Positions 62,700 to 64,000 of a stretch of DNA of 64,000 bases are shown in pieces (position 1 is the stretch's first letter; each line of letters begins with the position of its first letter). Both the position numbers and the translations under genes were made by a program. The notes below the pieces were generated by a model. That model was given only the letters and a program-made list of their open reading frames with translations, made no database searches and was not told where the DNA came from. The stretch is from Sphaerodactylus townsendi (taxonomy: Eukaryota), in NCBI RefSeq assembly GCF_021028975.2, contig NC_059425.1:170934001-170998000 (forward strand), written 5' to 3'.

Positions 62700-63130
62700 A
62701 TGCCCCTCCTAAGCCATACACGGGCGGGGTGGGTGCGTGGGTAAGCGGGATTACTTGCGGTCAGGCAGCGCACATCCAAGATTCGGCAAACTTTCTTCCC
62801 TGAGCTACACAAGAACCAGCCAGGCAGGGACTTCGTCCTCCGGATCGCACCGACAACCGTCGCTCTGACACCCACGGATAAAAACTCTTCTCGGTTTTGA
62901 ATTGAATCACGCGCGAGCAGGGCACGCCATACAAATACCCTCCCGAATTGGCTGAATCAGCCTTGAATCAACCAATTGGAACGAGCGACAGAGAGAACCA
63001 GGCTTCTACCAAAATACCCTCGCTGGTTGGCTGAATCAGCCTTGAATCAACCAATTAGAACGAGCGAGAGAGAGAACAAGTTTACTAGTGGTTGGGAGGG
63101 GAAGACGAACCGCCCGCGCCCGAAAGGGGA
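62700..63130 (-). promoter_or_regulatory. CKAP2 CpG-rich promoter with CHR-like TTTGAA and multiple CCAAT boxes
   Basis: TTTGAA at 62896-62901; ATTGG/CCAAT motifs 62947-63056; layout typical of G2/M genes. Confidence 0.65.
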
Positions 63131-64000
63131 GGAGCCAAAGTATCTAAATGCATCTAAATGGCTTTCCAGTGGAATCTGCGTGGGGTGGTCGGGGAGTGGG
63201 CTCAGTGGTCTAGTACCGCACGCCCTGTTTGTGGAAACCAATCGAGGCTTTTGCACACTTACCTGGGATGTTCTTGAATTCTTTGCACACTGACTGCTTA
63301 TCTTTGCATTGCCCATCCTACTGAGTTTCCATTTGTTCTGCAAAAACCTCTTCGGCTACGATGCCCCAGCATTTATTTTGTTTAAAATTTTGTAACAGGT
63401 GATTATTTCTTACAGGGACTTTTGTGGATGTGAAATTTACAAGCGGCTTTTCTGCTTCAAAAGTCCTCCCAGCGCCGTGGATGAGAATTTAATAGGATGC
63501 TCGCCTAAACAGAAGAGGGCGCCAGGATGTTGAGCCTTTGGGGAACAAGGAGGGAGGGAAGGTAGGATTGTTTTGCAAGGATTTTGGTCGCTCTTCGGGC
63601 TGAATGAAAGCGTGAAGGCGGCTGTTGGAAGGCAGCAGTAAAGCGAAGTCGATGTAAAAATCAACCCAGGAATTTCATAGACAGGATCAATTGACTGACT
63701 TTATAAACTGTCAATTTTTTTTAAAGTGCTGCTGTTGTGTTTTTCATTTTTTCATTTGTGCCCAACTGGTGATCAGCAAGATACCACAACAATCCAGCTG
63801 CCTTTCTGGTTATATCCAAAATAAAACCAAAGGGTCTGTCTGCACAGAGGTTTAACAACCCGATTGTTCTCTGTGAGCAGCGTTTATTCTTTTAGTTGCT
63901 TTGACCAGAAAGTGCAAGAACGCTCATCTCTTGCGATGTTTTTTCTGCTCGGATTGGCCTAGATTTATTCAAATTGTGTAATTTCCTTCGGTTTCTCTGA

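Noticed and set aside
63400-64000. Start of VPS36, expected head-to-head with CKAP2
   Set aside because: No recognisable VPS36 coding exon within the window

Overview
This is vertebrate genomic DNA, most likely a squamate (gecko-like, inferred from the repeat content), covering the conserved ATP7B-ALG11-NEK5-CKAP2 block. I reconstructed exons by hand from splice sites and reading phase. ALG11 (+, 4 coding exons, 11686-16999), NEK5 (-, 22 coding exons, 41249-17832, about 817 aa) and CKAP2 (-, 7 coding exons, 60493-49424, about 620 aa) are phase-consistent. A candidate 51-nt ATP7B first exon lies at 5615-5565 (-). NEK3, which sits between NEK5 and CKAP2 in mouse, is not visible. Introns and intergenic DNA are dense in transposons: tRNA- and 5S-derived SINEs, hAT elements (SPIN- and OC1-like), Harbinger MITEs, L2 and RTE fragments, a probable solo LTR, Penelope-like remnants with hammerhead-ribozyme motifs, and a young R4/Dong-type retrotransposon cluster in a (TAA)/(CAT) microsatellite with an inverted 5' end. 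Most short ORFs in the supplied track are spurious. Family and orthology calls come from recalled sequences, not database searches.
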